64,000 nt of DNA from Pecten maximus (lineage: Eukaryota). This document shows, in pieces, positions 1-12,000 of this stretch (its first letter is position 1; each line of letters starts with the position of its first letter). The translations under genes and the position numbers were made by a program. The DNA lies in NCBI RefSeq assembly GCF_902652985.1, contig NC_047015.1, positions 42,408,001-42,472,000 of the forward strand, in the 5' to 3' direction. Below the pieces are notes generated by a model that was not told the DNA's origin, searched no databases, and saw only the letters and a list, made by a program, of their open reading frames with translations.

Positions 1-668
1 CATGTTGTTTTCTGATTGGTCTCAAAATGCAATATGCATAACTAGGCACCAAAGGAAACCTACATATGAAATTTGAGAATGATCCCTTCAGTACTTTTTC
101 AGAAATAGCGATAACAAACTTCAATTGTCAAAATCCAAGATGGCTGCCTGTCGGCCATGTTGTTTTCTGATTGGTCTCAAAATGCAATATGCATAACTAG
201 GCACCAAGTGGAACCTACATATGAAATTTGAGAAAGATCCCTTCAGTACTTTCTCAGAAATAGCGATAACAAACTTCAATTGTCAAAATCCAAGATGGCT
301 GCCTGTCGGCTAGGTTGTTTTCCGATCGGTCCCAAAATGCAATATGCATAACAAGGCACCAAGGGGAACCTACATATGAAATTTGAGAAAGATCCCTTCA
401 GTACTTTCTCAGAAATAGCGATAACAAACTTCAATGGTCAAAATCCAAGATGGCTGCCTGTCGGCCATGTTGTTTTCTGATCAATCCCAAAATGCAATAT
501 GCATAACTAGGCACCAAGGGGAACCTACATATGAAATTTGAGAAAGATCCCTTCAGTACTTTCGGAGGATTAGCGATAACAAGAATTGTTTACGGACGGA
601 CGGACGGACGGACGGACCACGGACGCAGGGCGATTTGAATAGCCCACCATCTGATGATGGTGGGCTAA
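1..668 (-). mobile_element. Helentron-associated (HINE/Pearl-like) non-autonomous element carrying a 155-bp tandem repeat; runs off the window start
   Basis: 155-bp units start at 1, 156, 311 and 466. They are followed by an (ACGG)n microsatellite at ~591-616 and a terminal hairpin TAGCCCACCATC-TGAT-GATGGTGGGCTA next to an A-run, the typical HINE end read on the minus strand. Confidence 0.8.
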
Positions 669-797
669 AAATATAAACACTAATTAATATCTACTCAAAC
701 TTGTCAGAAACAAAATCAAAATACTGCATACATCTCACTAGTGAATCTATGTTAATGAAATATCAAAATTAGACTCAATATATGTTTGACTGAGGAT

Positions 798-905
798 ACA
801 GGGGCTTGACATGTTCCTATGACCCAGAATGAAATATTTAACACCAGGGTCTGACCCCTAGATCACTTATTCAACCTGGGACATAGAAACCTGTCAAGTC
901 CCTGT
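798..905. mobile_element. Tiny hairpin MITE (ACAGGG...CCCTGT termini, 10-bp TSD; MULE-like)
   Basis: ~30-bp imperfect TIRs; exact direct repeat GACTGAGGAT at 788-797 and 906-915. Confidence 0.75.
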
Positions 906-1078
906 GACTGAGGATCAAGGGAAGCATAAGCTGGACAAGTATTTCCCATAACAATTAAATGGGACCAGCATGTACAGTGTACATTACATAATTTACCCCG
1001 ATAAAAACATTTTCATTTCTGTGTTGGTTTATCTGGACTATCTTTATAGTCATGACTGCAAATATCACACTGACTTAC

Positions 1079-2888
1079 TTCAAATCCTCCAGAAAGTATT
1101 TTCTCATCTGAAATATCTTCTCTTTCTTCATTAGAATTGTCACTGTTGATATCATCATCTGTAAAATGTATACTTCCATAACTGGTATCCCTCTCCTGAA
1201 TAAACAATAAAAAAGGTAATATGTAAAATGTTTGATGTATACAAGTATAAAAAGAAACTAATTAAAATGTTTATCTGTCTCTGTGACTTGATCATGTGTG
1301 TGTGACTTGACCTGTCAGTGTGTCTGTGAGTTGACCTGTCAGTGTGTCTGTGAGTTGACCTGTCAGTGTGTCTGTGAGTTGACCTGTCAGTGTGTCTGTG
1401 AGTTGACCTGTCAGTGTGTCTGTCAGTTGACTTGTATGTTTACCTGTATCTGTGAGTTGACCTGTCAGTGTGTCTGTCAGTTGACTTGCCAGTTTACCTG
1501 TATCTGTGAGTTGACCTGTCAGTGTGTCTGTCAATTGACTTGCCAGTTTACCTGTATCTGTGAGTTGACCTGTCAGTGTGTCTGTCAGTTGACTTGCCAG
1601 TTTACCTGTATCTGTGAGTTGACCTGTCAGTGTGTCTGTCAGTTGACTTGCCAGTTTACCTGTATCTGTGAGTTGACCTGTATGTTTTATCTGAGATTAG
1701 CACACATTATCTTCCCCTTCACTTTACAAACCTAATTTTTCAACAGCATATAAATTTACCAAACCAATCCATAATAGTGATTAACCAAATACGAATGTAT
1801 TGACCACCATAAATATGGTTTTATTACTGGCATTTAATTATTCATCTGTATAACTTAGCCACCAGTTATCTAAGATCATCATTCATTGCTGCAGATAATG
1901 TACTTATATATACACTAATAAGCACATACATTTGTATTGCCACTGATAGTGTTCTTCTCAAAGAAAGCTTAATTTAGCAACTAAAATAATAAGTATACTG
2001 TCATAATTTATGCATTTCCTACATGAAAATTTGTGTCCAGTACATATGACCTATTGAAATGTTTGGATATTAAGACTTTTTTTCTAGATTTCCCTTTTAT
2101 GACATCATTTGGGCAAAGGGAAGATAACTCATTGTATGAACTAGTAATTTGTTTGTATTGTTGTAATGAAGCAGAAATGGGACTTGTCGGCCAGGTAACA
2201 CAAATGGATACATCATCTGTCTAGAGATCAGAGGTCAAGGGTTCAAACCCCAGCCTAGTTGATGGATGTTTCCTTTCCTGTTATAATAAGAGATGCATAC
2301 CATTATTAGAACTACATGAGACAGATTGATAGGATCACTTAAAATAGACACCATATTATACCCTCACAGTATAAGAATATTCAAATATCAGACAATCACA
2401 TTTTACACACACGATACTAGCCCGGAAGCATTCATGCAAATGCCAGCGCCAACACTGATGACGGGATTAACATCATGAAATCATGAACAAACTATTACTT
2501 AAATCAATACTTTGAACAATTGCAAAGGAACGTCTTCTGTTGTCTTCTTGGATGATTTATTCCTGCTTATAGAAAACATTTTTTCATGTATCACCAGATG
2601 TCTTTCACGAGGTTAACTTGACAACAACACAACATGAGTTCTCCAATACAATAAGCACTAAAGAACTTGAAAGAAAATATAGTCTAATGCATATCATGAT
2701 AAGGAAGTTATACCCTAAACGAAACCGGAAATTATTACGTAATTGCGCATCTCCTCTCTGATAATATCAAGGCTGTTCTATGTTTACAGATCTTTTTTTT
2801 CATTTGATCGGCTATATAATGTTTAACATTATACCGAACGAGGGCGATCAACACGAAGACTGGTTCCAGCGGCAGCATTAGTCGCCAT
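1079..2888 (-). CDS. First two coding exons (2835-2888, 1079-1195) of an unidentified gene divergent from POLR3E; continues left of the window
   Basis: ATG at 2888 in an AAGATGGCG context gives MATNAAAGTSLRVDRPRS then GT. Acceptor ttattcag at 1196 opens a phase-0-compatible exon ERDTSYGSIHFTDDDINSDNSNEEREDISDEKILSGGFE ending at GTAAGT. No family recognised. Confidence 0.6.
1295..1685. repeat. Intronic minisatellite, 24-bp unit with a 48-bp higher-order form (GAGTTGACCTGTCAGTGTGTCTGT)
   Basis: Direct tandem copies visible; explains the repetitive ORFs 1298-1735 and 1292-1534. Confidence 0.9.
2162..2284 (+). mobile_element. Degenerate tRNA-containing solo LTR or tRNA-derived SINE head
   Basis: TGTAA...TGTTATA ends; internal tRNA-like run ...CTAGAGATCAGAGGTCAAGGGTTCAAACCCC with a B box. 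Confidence 0.45.
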
Positions 2889-3032
2889 CTTCGAGAAGTC
2901 ATGTGCTTTTTTGTTGACATGAATCTGAGTCACTGCACCGCTTTACCATTCGGACAAAATCGTTTCGAATCAGAGCTTCTTAAATACAACGTCAGGTGAT
3001 AGTTATTGCCCATGCGCTAAATCAGCACAGCT
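2889..3032. promoter_or_regulatory. Bidirectional promoter between the unknown gene and POLR3E
   Basis: Start codons 144 bp apart in opposite orientation; CpG-enriched relative to flanks; YY1-type AAGATGGCG/ATGGCGG at both starts; ETS-type ACCGGAA near 2724. Confidence 0.6.
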
Positions 3033-6000
3033 ATGGCGGACAAAGAAGATCCGGTTGAGCATGAGGTGATTGTGATTGCTAAATGTTGCACCATACCGCT
3101 CCAAAACAACAACAAAAATATGTCAACTCGTTGATATTTAATTATACACTCCCTGCTCAAATTAAAATCAACTTAATACCTTTTATAAAATGAGCAATGT
3201 TAGGCAACTATAATTTTGGTCAGATTGGCCATGGCCATGGATTGTTTACATTTGCCAGGTCTGACCTATTCAAATGGTCACTAAACTTCAGTAAAATTGT
3301 ATAAACGGGTATTCTAACATGTAAGCAGTAGTGTGCACAGAGGCGCTAGTAAAAGTCATTGCACCCACGTAGTGTTTTGTGATCAATATGTTAATTGGAC
3401 TACAAAATTCTATGTTCTATATGGGATTGTATTTGCACCAAATTCTTAGCGACACCAAACAGTGTCCGATGATTCCACGTTTTCATATATAGTAGTGCGC
3501 TCTGGCCCTACACCAGACATGGTGACAGGGCCAGAGGAAACTCGGGCTAGTATACATGTAACCATGGTAAATACTAGCCGCAATATACTGCTCGGCTAGA
3601 GAGATATTCTCTTTAGCTTGATTGGTAACGGTTGAGCGTAAGACTAGTAATTATAAGCCATAGGTCCCATGTTCGATCCCTAGCGGATGCAGTGATTTAA
3701 ATTTAATTAATAATGCGCTCTGTTACATTGGTGCCCATGTAGGGACTCGGGAATGATACTCATCGCTGCTTGCAAAAGTATCGCTGTTACCCCTGGAAAA
3801 CTCCAGGAAGAGTTCTTTCCTGGAGGGGATTATGTAACCATGGTAAATACTAGCCACAATATACCGCTTCGCAAGAGAGATCTTCTCTTTAACTCGATCG
3901 GTTGAGCATAAGACTAGTAAGCCAGAGGTCCGGGGTTCGATCCCTAGTGGACACAGTGATTTCAATTTAATTAATTATGCGCTCTGTGTGTTACATACAG
4001 AAACGCCATTCTTTGATTTACAGCTTAACATTGAACAACTTCATGTGGTTCAATGAATTTCACAGCAACAAATCATTTGTCATTGGGATTGTTTACTTTG
4101 TTGTGTATCATTATGGTTATATACAATTAATTTACTTACTTCCAATAAATGATTGAATCCGATTCTTTATTCGACGAGGTTATAAATGGAGTTATATTTT
4201 GAATTGGCCTTGAAACAAAAATGCAGGTTGAAAGTTGTTTTTTTAAGATTTAAGTTGAAGGTTAGGAATACTAGATGCAGTAATATAAGAAAACTGCATC
4301 AGTATAAGTTCACTGTCAAATGATGATCTGATTCCAACACCAAAGTCAAATGTTAGTCTGGCCCCACATTAGACATTTTGACTGACAAATGCTGGGATAG
4401 AAAAAAACTACCATATATGATAATACGGAACTCTATGACACCATTTGGTGACTGTCAATGCTCTACATATGTCAATAAATTGATAAGATATTTTATTTAT
4501 CCATGAAACTAATACACAAAATACAAAAATAGTTGTTACAAATTAACCAACAATATCTTATTAAGTAAGTACCAATGTATTACAATAATAGTTGTAACTT
4601 GGCATGCTGTAACAAATTAGCTCCCTGGCACCCCAACCCCCTATTTTTCGCATTTTCTAAGCATAGGCCCAATTTCAGGAATAAGCCCACCCTCCACTTT
4701 TGAATGTCATTGAAAGTCAATTTTATTTCCTGGTGAAAGCAATCATTTAACATGGCCGACAGGCAGCCATCTTGGATTTTGACAATTTAAGTTTGTTATC
4801 ACTATTTCTGAGAAAGTACTGAATGGATCTTTCTGAAATTTCATATGTAAGTTTCCCTTGGTGCCTAGTTATGCATATTGCGTTTTGAGAACAATTTGAA
4901 AACAACATGGCCGACAGGCAGCCATCTTGGATTTTGACAATTGAAGTTTGTTATCGCTATTTCTGAGAAAGTACTGAAGGGATCTTTCTCAAATTTCATA
5001 TGGAGGTTCCCCTTGGTGCCTCATTATGCTTATTGCATTTTGTGATCAATTGGAAAACAATATGAACAACAGACCGCCATCTTGGATTTTGACAAATGAA
5101 GTTTGTTATCTCTATTTCTCAAAGTACTGAATGGATCTTTCTCAAATTTCATAAGTAGGTTCCCCTTGGTCCCTTGTATTGCATTTTTGGACCAGTCTGT
5201 CCTGAAAACAACCTGGCAAACAAACAGCCATTATCGTTAAATCTCAATCTTTTAAGAAATAATCCTTTTTTTTACTTTAAAGACATTCTGTTTCTTGTAT
5301 AGAAAATAGTGAAAATTTGTTTCTTTTTATAGGTCAGTGTGTATTTATCCAAAACCCTAGCAGACAAGCTGTACCTGTTCCAGTACCCAGTGCGCCCTGC
5401 CCACATGACATATGACGAGGCTCCTCATATCAACACTAAGATAAAACCTGATCAGAAGAAGGTGGAGATAGAACTGGGCCTCAACACCAGGGGAGACAAC
5501 TATGCTCGTAGTAAAGGGGAACAGATTGCCATCAACGTGGATGGAAATGTTGACCCGTCAGGCCACTACAACAGGTCTTTGACATCTGCATCAACTCAAT
5601 ATTCTTGATCTCTATACACATGACAAAAACTAGTACATTTTTTTTCAAATTGTTAAGATACATTCAAAAGTCATTCGAAATTTTAATGTTTTCACAATTA
5701 AAGAAGACATGTAGCAAAACAAAAATGAAATAAAAAAAGTTTATGAAAGTCATACTCGCTATATTAAACCGAAACTAGATTCTGTAGATCTTTAGGAAGT
5801 ATTTAAAATTTGAGTAACTGTGTATTTCAGTGGGATGATGGACAAACAGGTGTTAAGCAGTGTGACCAGTTCAGAGACAGCAAGCAGGTATGCAGTTGGT
5901 GTTTGGAAAGATGGTAAGTTATTTCAATTAAACAGCATGTAATTGGTCAAGCAGAATTTAGTATACTTAAACATATTCTAAAGCTGTAACTTACATATTA

Positions 6001-9000
6001 AAGTGTTTGTAATCATGATCAAGTGTTGTTTTTTCCCCTTAATTCTCAAGGACTTCAGAGTTTTGTTTTGTTACAGGAGAGGTACACCTGACCCCTCTAC
6101 ATGCCATTGTCCAGCTGAGACCAAATTTCAGCTACCTGGATAGTGCAGACAGCCGTGTCAAAGTAGAGGTTGGAGCAGGGGATGCTGGAGGTAGTAATAG
6201 TTTCATGAGTGATGAGTGACATATTTTGTTAGGTCATTCCTGTGGTAAAGAATGAACTATAAGGTTTCATTTATGAAATAGAAATTTTATCAAATTCTGT
6301 CAATGTATTTTAACATTTCGTGTAATACCACAAGATTTTCTTTACCACAGTTAATTGTAAAGGATATTTTCTCAGGAATTAAACATGATCTTGGAGAGGG
6401 AAAAACTAGCTATATCATGCAAGGGAAGGAGAAACAAACTATATCACTCAAGTCCATATATATGTATTAACTTTGAAATAGTCACATACCAGAGTGTTGT
6501 TGAAGGTTACACTCCAGTGTGTTTTCAAAGATTGTATTGTATGGTTATTTACAAGTCAGATTGCTTTTGTCAAAGGGGACATTTGGATCAATGTGCCATT
6601 TCAGGGAAGATTTTGTTAGGTATATAATGTCTCTCAAAATATCAGAGCAAGGACTAGATAATGTGACCATCATTTCTGAGTAATATTTTTATAGAAAAAA
6701 TGAGTGTATTTCTGGATTCATGAATACTGCTACTGCTATGAAAAATACTGTTAAGGTGTATATTGATCACACTTATCAGTTGTTACATTACTGTAGAAGG
6801 ATTTGTAATGAAGTACTTCATGTGTGCCTTCTATGATTTAGGAGAATCTTCCCAGGATGAAGCAGAAGAAGAGGCCAAGCCGATCACCATGAAAGTTTGC
6901 TCGCCAAGAAACGGACGAGGCTAAAGCTAGACGAATGGCATCGTTTGATTACTTACAGAAGAAACAGGAAGAGGAATCATGGCATCCACTTCAGTTTTAT
7001 AACATAAATGTAAGATATACTATATAATTGTGTGCTGCTTTTGTATCCACATTATCATTAATACATACACTTATTTCTGAATTTGTTTATTTTCAAGGCC
7101 ATTGTAACACACAACATTATCTCGCATAAATTATGAAGTTTTGATGCAAAGGTGATATTGGTATGGACTAAAATTGGTATTTACCACTACAGAGTGGTGT
7201 TGCAGAATCAGAGCGCCTAAAGTTGGTTTCCTCCAAAGGTGATGAGATATCCGAGTTCCAGATTCAGGCCAATGAGTATCTGAGGATGTTAGTACCTCCC
7301 CTTGGGGAGACACAAGAGTAAGTCTTATCTCCTCAAATCCTAGCTTGGTGGGACTTTTCAGCACCATGGCAAACTTGCAACGAGGGTTACTTAGAAGTTT
7401 TTTTCACCTGTTTACAAAAACTCTTACCAAATTATTTCTGGCTGTCATTGTTTTTCAGCTTTTTGTGAAATATAATTTTACAAATAATAAATAGAAGATA
7501 ATTCTTGTTCTGGGTTGAACAGCAATTCAATTTGTTCAGGCCCGATAAATATTTTGACATTTTTCACAAATGTGAAAATGATATACAAATGTTTGAGTTG
7601 AAATATACTTCAGTGGCCAGTATACAGTTAAAATAATTTATAAAAATCTTTATAATTCACTGTTAACATGTTCAAAGTGATAACTATTTGTTGTTTGCCT
7701 TTTACAGGGAGAAGCCAGCCATGCCAAGTAATGTGTTATCTCTGACACAGCTGAGGACTATGCCACTCCCTGACCAGATTAAGGCTCTCCTCACTAATGG
7801 TAAATATAGTTACAGTGGCATAAGTCTTAGTGATACACTCCATATCATAGGTTGCGGTAGGTGTAATTAAAAATATTTGGTCACAAATAATATTACTGTA
7901 CTGATAATGTAATTATGAATTATCGTTCTTGTATCTTTAAAAATACAAACACTTATTTTACAGCTATTTTAGAGATATCTCAGTTTAAAAATTTAATTGA
8001 ATTTGTTATCTGCGATAATGTGTATTAAAATTTGTTGTCCAGTGATTAATGTAATTAAATTTGATTACAGCTAAAGTGATGAGGTTCAGTCAGCTGATGG
8101 CACTGCTTCCTCAGGGCACAGAAAGTATGGGTGCCCTCCGCTCACTTCAGCAGGTGGCTGTACTTGTTCAGGGATGTTGGGTTGTCAAAAGGTCAGATTT
8201 AATTTATGTGCCAAGAATTCCAGCTATACTATAATGACTTTGAAATTTACTGTTCTATCAGACTGTTTCAATTGAATGCACAGCTTATAGGTTTTGAAGA
8301 ATACATGTATTTCAAACTATTAGCGCAGGATTTATGACTTTTTATACAAAAAATATGAATATTTGTTTTAATACAGAACCAGTTACTATATCAATATCAT
8401 AAACTGTCATGGTAAAGATATCGGTAAACAACTCTCCTTGGGAGTCTTCGAGCATAGGATACTGTCATACAGGTCATGAATAGATTATATACAGTGCTGT
8501 ACAAGAATTGTGATATGTATTATGGAGAAAGTTGAGAGTATTTGTCTGATTTTGATAGTGAGATCCTGTACCCCAAGGAGGCCACCAGTCCTCACAGTGG
8601 AGTGTCAGCGGATCACTTGTGTAGAGGGAGGGACTATGTGGTCAGTACTAAAGATTTAAACTTAGATATCCCCCCCACTCCCAGTTTTATGAATTGGACA
8701 ATCACTATTAACATTACTAAAACTTTAAACATTGGTAATCTAAAAATATATTGTGTTTGTATTTGTGTACATTGTCAATCAATACAAAAGAGTCTTAATA
8801 TTCTATTGAATAAATAATAAATTAAAGTATATGGTACAAGTTACTACCACATTACAAAGGCTCATCCACAGTATATTTACATATAAAAGTATTGAGAAAT
8901 AATGATTGAAATGGCATTAAAAATGTTTCTGTTATTGACAGATGTGGAGATTTACACAATCTAGTCATGTTACCCGCAAAGACATAGCCTCCATTGTCAA

Positions 9001-12000
9001 GGTATGTATGGTCATTCAGTATAAACAACTGTTTGTTAAATCATATCTGATTATCTTGTATCGGGAAAAGAATTTACAATTAACATGAATAATATCATTA
9101 TACAAGTATTAAGCTCTCATTATGTGAGTTATACATATTTACAATAAGCATGTATCTGTTAAATCCCATTGATATACTTTAAAATTTTAGTACACTAAAA
9201 TATTTTGTAAATTATCTAGGTTGAACAAATAAAATATACATGTTGGTAAATGGGTGGACCCAAATTTGTCACAAAAACAAACACATAGAAACTAAAAGTC
9301 ATTTATGATGTATATGTTATGAATGTATTGCAAGACTCAATTTAGGTTTTAAGTTAGACAAAAATTCTCAGAATGAATTAAGTGCTCAACATTGTATACA
9401 GTACCATTGAAGAACAGGACTTCATGATGCTAGTTTAACAACCCTGCACAATGGACATCTAATTAGACTGTATAGACACCTACAGTAGTTTGTCATAATG
9501 CTCATTAATACATATAATAGCCCACTTTCTTTTGTTTAAAACATAATCTGGTGGCAAAATGGTTTTTTTTTGTCTTTTTTACTTAATTGATGTTCAAAAA
9601 TCATTGTCATGATCTGCATGTAAACTTTTCAATTGATGTAGTTATATGCAGCAGCATTATGACTGCAAAAATGTCCACAAAAATAATCATTGTTGTACAA
9701 CATTGTTGTAGCTGCCAGCAGAGGATGTAAAGGATATTCTTGAGCAGATGTCCAGGATTAGGGCTAACTGTGGCTGGGAGTTTCTATTTGGTTATGACGC
9801 AGACTTCTGTAACAGGTAACTCTTGGTTAATATTTCTGTATATCTCTGTGGTCTTTGTTATAATTGTTGTTTTGCTTTAAATCACACATTATTCCAGCAG
9901 AAAATGTCAAGTTAGGTCTGCTTTAACTTGATAAGTCCTGTTCTGGTAGAACCAACTCTAAACAACACTAGGAATCATTTCAAATCTCAAGCCAATGCAT
10001 TGTCTTCATTGTTTCTCTTTTTAAATACTTCTTGCTGAAAGCTATTGTTTATATAAGTGTTGAATGATATAAAATGAGAAGCATCGCTTGAGGAATTCAT
10101 TAATTGAAAGCTTGAATTGCTATAATGATATATACTTATTGTTACTTGTAATAATTAACTGCACAGTGTTCCATTGTTTTTTCCTCAGATTTACCTGGTA
10201 TTGTTATATCATTTTGTCTCAAACGATATTGACAGATCCTGCGTTTTTTCCTTAGATATCCAGAAATAGTACAGAGACAAAAGATGTTGTGGGATGCAAA
10301 ATATCATGGTCTATGTAATCAACTCAAAATTCCTAAAGAACATGAAAAGAAATTTAAGGACAGAGGTGAGAGCTTAATCTTATCATATTTATTCTTTTTA
10401 TTATATAATTTGATTATTCTGTATACCGTTAATTCAGACTTAACAACCTTTACTCAGATTTCCTTGTCAGGAAAATTTACATATGAGACCGATATGATAT
10501 TAAATCTGTCTTACTTTTTTTCTACAGGTTACTTTTCTAGTCAATAGGTCCAATGACAATTTTGAACAAAACCCTTTTCTCTTGTACAGGAAAGTCACTT
10601 ATTCTTGGCTTAGAGATGGACTGAGAGACAATTTTTTCCTGTATTATAAATGATCAAAATATACTGTCTGGTGACAATTCATATTTGAAAGTTCTAAATT
10701 TGTCTGTATAAGATAATCAAATTCAAAATTTGTCAGTGAATAGTGTTTTTATTGTTCTGTTTCAGATTCTGGGTTACCTGCTGGAGAGAAGGTTGTAAGG
10801 CGGCGGCGCAGCTCATCCACTCGTAGCAATCGTAAACGAACACTCAGTGGTCGATCAGTTTCAGACCACAGTGATGTAGAGATGGATGTATCTGTTAAGT
10901 CTGATATAGACAATAGTACAGAGGACGAGGAGCTTCCCAAGCCGGAGAGCATGGACACGGGGCCATCAGCAGTAAATGGAAACAGGTTGTCAGACGGTGC
11001 TAACTCAGCAAGCTGTGATATTTCCTCTGTCTCATTGGAGCTGAGGACAGAACTCGTTAATTTTGTACAAGAAAAGTTATACAGTAGATTTGTATTAACT
11101 GCTAGTGAACTTAAACGTCTATTCGCTGTGAAACAGTTACAGTGTCCCTCAGGCCATGTGTTTTTATCAGGAGTCACAGACAGTATGTTAGAGGAAACAG
11201 TCAAGGAAGTGGGAGGAGTGAAGTTATCTAATCAGGTAATATCTTCTTTATAGTCATCCAACTTACATTGAGGAGTTAATTATGTATGATGCAATTTTCT
11301 TTGAAATTCAATTCCAATTATTAATTTCAGTATTATTATTTCAACTTTCATAGTATTACTACAATTATTAATTTTAGTTGTACACAACTTTTTTCTGGTC
11401 AGAAATGAATACTTCAGTGTGTTTAGAAATACTGCAATATTTGATTTAACCTGTTATCACAAAATGTTGTCAAAAAGAGTTTGTTCTTAACATATAATTG
11501 ATGTTATATGTGGTTTACAGTTTAGTGTTTGCTGGAGGAATGACTTGTAATGTGTGTTTCACGGAAGTTTTATATTCACTGAATATAGAGATTGATGTCA
11601 CAAAAGTTTCAGTACTATGTAGAAACAACCAGTGATTAAACAGTCTATGACAACATTGGCAGAAGAAATGGTGGATTTCTGTCTGTCTGTGTAGTTTTGA
11701 AATAATGTTTTGTGGTATGGATTTGAATATTATACTTTATGATGGCTACATGATTTTGTTTTATTGAATTGCTATTTTTGATTCAAATTTTTTGTTGTGA
11801 TATGACAACAGTGTGAAAGTTATGACTTGATTTGCATTGATGTCTTGTGATTTTTAATGCTGTACATTTGTATGATATTTCATTTGTTATGACAACTTTG
11901 TTATACTTACAGTGGCCTTCCAATATCAAAGCAGAACCTACTTATGCCTTGCCTAAAACAGGTGACAAATTGGATAAGGTAAGCATGGCTTTTAGTACTG

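Noticed and set aside
1292-1735. Cys-rich 145-aa ORF (metallothionein/keratin-like look) and its antisense ORF
   Set aside because: Translations of a 24/48-bp intronic minisatellite; no splice or family support.
3600-3960. Two tRNA-Thr(AGT)-like sequences as real tRNA genes
   Set aside because: Acceptor and anticodon stems do not pair properly; they are parts of the TRIM LTRs.
6889-6900. Programmed ribosomal frameshifting shared by POLR3E and PDAP1
   Set aside because: No shared slippery or stimulatory signal, and orthologs are not known to frameshift; homopolymer indel error is far more parsimonious.
10749-11204. 151-aa minus-strand ORF
   Set aside because: Antisense shadow of POLR3E exon 13.
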